Positions 59,768 through 64,000 of a stretch of 64,000 bases of DNA are shown here, in pieces. How positions within the stretch are numbered: position 1 is the first letter of the stretch; each line of letters begins with the position of its first letter. Source of the DNA: Takakia lepidozioides. Taxonomy: Eukaryota; Plantae; Bryophyta. Position numbers and translations under genes: made by a program. The notes under the pieces were generated by a model. That model was not told where the DNA came from and ran no database searches. It saw nothing but the letters and a program-made list of their open reading frames with translations. The stretch covers positions 82,212,001 through 82,276,000 of the forward strand of contig CM060731.1 in the NCBI GenBank assembly GCA_030704615.1, in the 5' to 3' direction.

Positions 59768-62657
59768 ATGGGACTCGCTCCACAGATGATCAATGGAAGA
59801 GACCAACCTGCGGGCAAAGAGCTACAAACTCTGGGAACTTTATTGACAATCGATGAACAACATAAGACTGCATGTAACCATAACATTCATGCAGTCCAAG
59901 GCACAGGGCTGGAATGTGAGGATCTCACATACACGGTGGTTAAAAAGCAGGAGAAAGAGGGGCAATGGAATATAACCCAGGACGTTAATTTACTGCACGG
60001 CATCACCGCCCATTGTCCGAGGGGCCAAGTCACTGCAGTCATGGGTCCCAGTGGCGCCGGGAAATCCACATTCTTGGACGCAGTCGCGGGAAGAATCGCA
60101 AGTGGGAGTCTAGGGGGTCTGATTACAGTCGACGGGGAGAATGTTAACCCAAGCCTCATGAAGAGATTGTCGGCATATGTGATGCAAGACGATCAATTGT
60201 TTCCTATGCTCACCGTCCGTGAAACTCTTATGTTTGCTGCAGAGGTCCGGCTTCCGTCAAGCACCTCACACTCAGACAAGCAGACCCGAGTGAACAAGCT
60301 CATTGAGCAACTTGGGCTCATTGTATTGATCTCAACTCCATTATCGTCCTATGCATGGGATGTCAATTTCACTCGCAATGATATCTAGCACTCTTCAAAA
60401 TTCGCTGCAGTACTTCAATAGAACTTTCATGCTTGTCCCTATCACATTCATACTGAAAGAACTAGTCACCATGTGTTTAGAAGAAGTGAGACTGCGCTAA
60501 ACATTGACCAGTGGTCTGTGTGATTTCGACTATATGCATGCGCAGACTGCGCAAAACACCTACATTGGCGATGAAGGCCACCGCGGGGTGTCGGGAGGTG
60601 AGAGACGAAGGGTGTCGATTGGAGTGGACATCATACATGGACCAGCCTTGCTGTTTTTGGATGAGCCCACGTCAGGACTGGACTCTACAAGCGCATTGAG
60701 TGTGATAGAAAAAGTCCATGATATTGCGCTAGCAGGAAGCACTGTTATCCTGACCATCCATCAGCCCTCATACCGGATTGTCCAGCTCCTCAATCGGGTC
60801 ATTGTTCTCGCAAGGTAGATGGTCACAACTTCACGTGTACCTTCCCGGATCTTCGAGATTAACCTTATATATGTATATAACTTGCAGGTGTATCAAAACT
60901 TGTAGGCCTCTTTACACTGCTCGCTGAGATGGGCTAAACATTATTGCGAGTGTACCTCTAGATTTCCACGTACGATCGACGCCATGTCAGCTGATCAAAT
61001 GTACATCATTTGAGTGAAATTCTCAAATATTAATACTGTTGATCTTGGATTCTACATATGGTTTTGCAGGGGAAAGCTTATATACCAGGGCTCACCGTCC
61101 TATCTTAATACACACATGGTTGCGTTCGGCCGCGAAGTTCCAAAAGGCGAGAACAGCATTGAGTATCTTCTGGACGTGATCCAAGAGTACGATCGATCCA
61201 CCTACGGCCTGGAGCCATTGGTGCAGTTCAACAAGGATGGTGCGAAACCCACTTCCGTGCAGCTGACCAGCAGAGCACATCCTATGGCTCTAGTCTATCA
61301 AAGGAGCCCAAGAAATGGCAGCCCTCTTAGGAACACTAGACTTGATGCTGACGAAGAGAACCAAGAAGCTCCCATGACTCCACTGCATAACGAAGACGAT
61401 TCCTTGTCCTTTGATGAAGACGACGACTATGATCACTCTCTCACTAGGAATAACTTTGGCAACTTCCGCTTGGCGTCCACATTCTATGCTGGCAACATTC
61501 TTGAGCAGCTTGGTGAGCAACTGGGTGTCAGATCGACGGGCATTCTTCGGACGCCGGTCCATACGAGCTCAGAATCCAAGACGCCTTCGCGGGGTCGCAC
61601 ACCCAAGAGGGGGAACCCCCAGCGAACACCGGCCCAGACAACCCCCATCCAGAAGACGCCGTCCAGGCTCCCGACGAGCGGCCTCGTCCCCTACCGAATG
61701 CCGCCCAGCGAGATCGGTCTAGACACCCCCACCCCGACCCAAGGGACGAGTGATTGTACCCTCGACGAGCATGATTTCGAGTGCGACAACACAGTTGGGC
61801 ATCGGTATGGGCCAAAGTTTGCTAACAATTGGGTGAGAGAGGTGATGATCCTCGTCTTCCGTAATTTTCTAAACATTAAGAGAACCCCCGAGCTCTTTCT
61901 CTCGCGACAGATGTTGCTCACCATCATGGGTTCTCTGATGGCGACACTCTTTGTTCATACCCCACATACTTTGCAAGGAGTTACCCAGCTTCTTTCGTTC
62001 GACATCTTCACAGTTTCTCTCTTCTTCTTCTCCTCTAATGATGCAGTGCCCACGTTTATCCAGGAGCGATTCATCCTCATTAGGGAGACCTCCCATAATG
62101 CGTACCGATCGTCCTCTTACGTTGTGGCTGGCGTCATTACTTACCTGCCATTTCTAGCAGTTCAGGCCATGACATACGTTCTGCTTACCTGGTGGGCATT
62201 GTCGTTGGATGGAGGATGGCAAATTTTCTTGTTCTTCTGGCTCGTTCTATTTGTCTCGCTCATTACAACGAATTCGTTTGTGATGTTCATCTCCGCACTG
62301 GTGCCCAACTACAGTCTGGGGTACTCCGCTGTCATTGCATTCACAGCCCTCTACTTCCTCACATGCGGCTACTTCCTGAACGGATCGAAGATTCCAAAGT
62401 GGTGGAAATGGCTGCATTATATATCTACCATGAAGTACCCCTACGAGGCCCTGTTGCGCAACCAGTTTGATCAAAATCGCTGCTACAGTGTAATCCCTGG
62501 AGGCTGCGCACTGGGAGGACGTGATCTTCTGACAAGTCTCTCCATCACTAAGCTGACAAAATGGCAATGCCTCTACATCCTGATCGGTTGGGCAATATTC
62601 TACCGCATAATGTTCTACTTCGTCCTGCGGTTTGCCTCTAAGAATCAGAGAAAGTAG
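59768..62657 (+). CDS. STR2: Half-size ABCG transporter STUNTED ARBUSCULE 2; exons 59768-60322, 60546-60814, 61070-62657
   Basis: [79 protein letters not shown] and C-terminal LRFASKNQR are STR2-type signatures. Confidence 0.9.
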
Positions 62658-64000
62658 CCGATATTGTACAAGCGTGGAAGAGGTAGCCGTGTACGAAATC
62701 CGCTTCCAGCTTCCGAATGTCGTTCCTGAGGGCTAGACTTACCACTGGCATGGAGACCATTCTGCACAAAGGAATCCTAATTCGACCTCCTGGCACTATC
62801 ATTAAATGCTCAAGATAACTAGAGCCGAGTTCACTTTCTAGTTGCCCATCACCTGGGCGGCCTTGTCTTCATAGTATGCCTCCTCCTCATCTTCTTGTAC
62901 CTCCTCCGTGTTTATGATTGCCTACCATGTTCGCCCACATGGGTGTGCGTCAACGCACTCCAGTTCAGATAGACTTCAGATGTGTACAGTAGTGGCTGGC
63001 AGGTTGATGCTTACAAGGGTGCTATTTAGATCATTTTTTAACATGTATCAAGATTCTATTCAAGAATTACTGCAAATGTAATACAGTATTCAAAACCAGG
63101 CTAGATTCATAGCAGATAAACTTATTTGGAAAACAATTGACCATCAGAATCTCATGTAGACTAGTGGTAACAGCAGCTGCTGCCCGTCATTACTTTGAAC
63201 TGGCTTTGCTAGCTACAAGCTAATCAGCTAGTTCGATTTTCTGAAGCAGGACCCAGTAGCAAGATTAGACATTGACCCACTAACCTAGTCAGTTCAATCA
63301 GTTTAGCACTAAGAAATTTTCTACTAATGTAGGAAGGAAAGCAGTTGCAGCTCATATTCAGTGTGTGCAAAGCTGTGGAGGAATATAATGCAATCTATGG
63401 GACGTCGAAAAAGCTCACATCCATAGACTGAGCTAGGAACAGGTCAAAAGACATTCATGAACAAGAATTATAGCTTAACAACCCAACTGGGCTCGTCAAT
63501 TTTAGGATACGCACAAAGAGCCACCACTTGAAACTGGCCTGGCAAAACCACGTCATGTCATGCTTGCTCACTCTAAACAATTCAAGAGGTGTTATCTAAT
63601 ATCTATTATCTCCATCTTCAAATTCTTGATCTCCTTGATCCCATTAGTCTTGATGATGTTGAAGATTCAGCAGATAAACGTCGTTTCTCTTAATTGTGAC
63701 GACTGTACACTGCAAGGTGTAGTTTTGTGTTGAGGAAACTTCGTCGGAAACCATTTCATTAAATGAAGTAACATCACTTGATGGAAATGCTTGCTGTTTG
63801 TTTTTTGTACATCAAAACTAACTATATCTTCACATGATACTCTCGCATGAGCTTGAACATATGTGCACACTGATTATTCACTTCATATTAGAACCAACAT
63901 TGTCAAAGCTTTGCGAACTAATGATAGAATTGCTTTGAATGACCCAACCACCCTTCATTGGTCGCCGATAAAAAACTTTGTTGAAGTCAATAAGCACGTT

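Overview
Intron-containing nuclear DNA of a land plant. It is probably a non-seed, arbuscular-mycorrhiza-competent lineage, because an intact STR2 orthologue is present and the TEs look bryophyte/lycophyte-like (inference). Host genes are an alpha-expansin (2.6-3.8 kb) and a gene-dense block from 39 kb: divergent SKP1, YUCCA, FabZ, an F-box gene, a conserved membrane protein and ABCG STR2. A ~31 kb nested transposon island lies between ~6.3 and ~37.3 kb. It holds an L1 ORF1 remnant, a PHD-finger retroelement fragment, a Crypton-like remnant, a CACTA element, tandem Penelope-like elements and a Pol IV/V NRPD2/E2-like pseudogene. Most notable are two related Mutator-like element copies that each carry an intron-containing beta-class DNA amino-methyltransferase (N4C/N6A-type) gene. 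They share terminal motifs and GGATGA-rich subterminal DNA. Copy 1 also has a six-copy 30-bp CG-containing palindrome array and a tandem array of captured RPL32 fragments. A ~3.5 kb inversion (~28459-31957) splits both the MULE transposase and a Penelope-like repeat.
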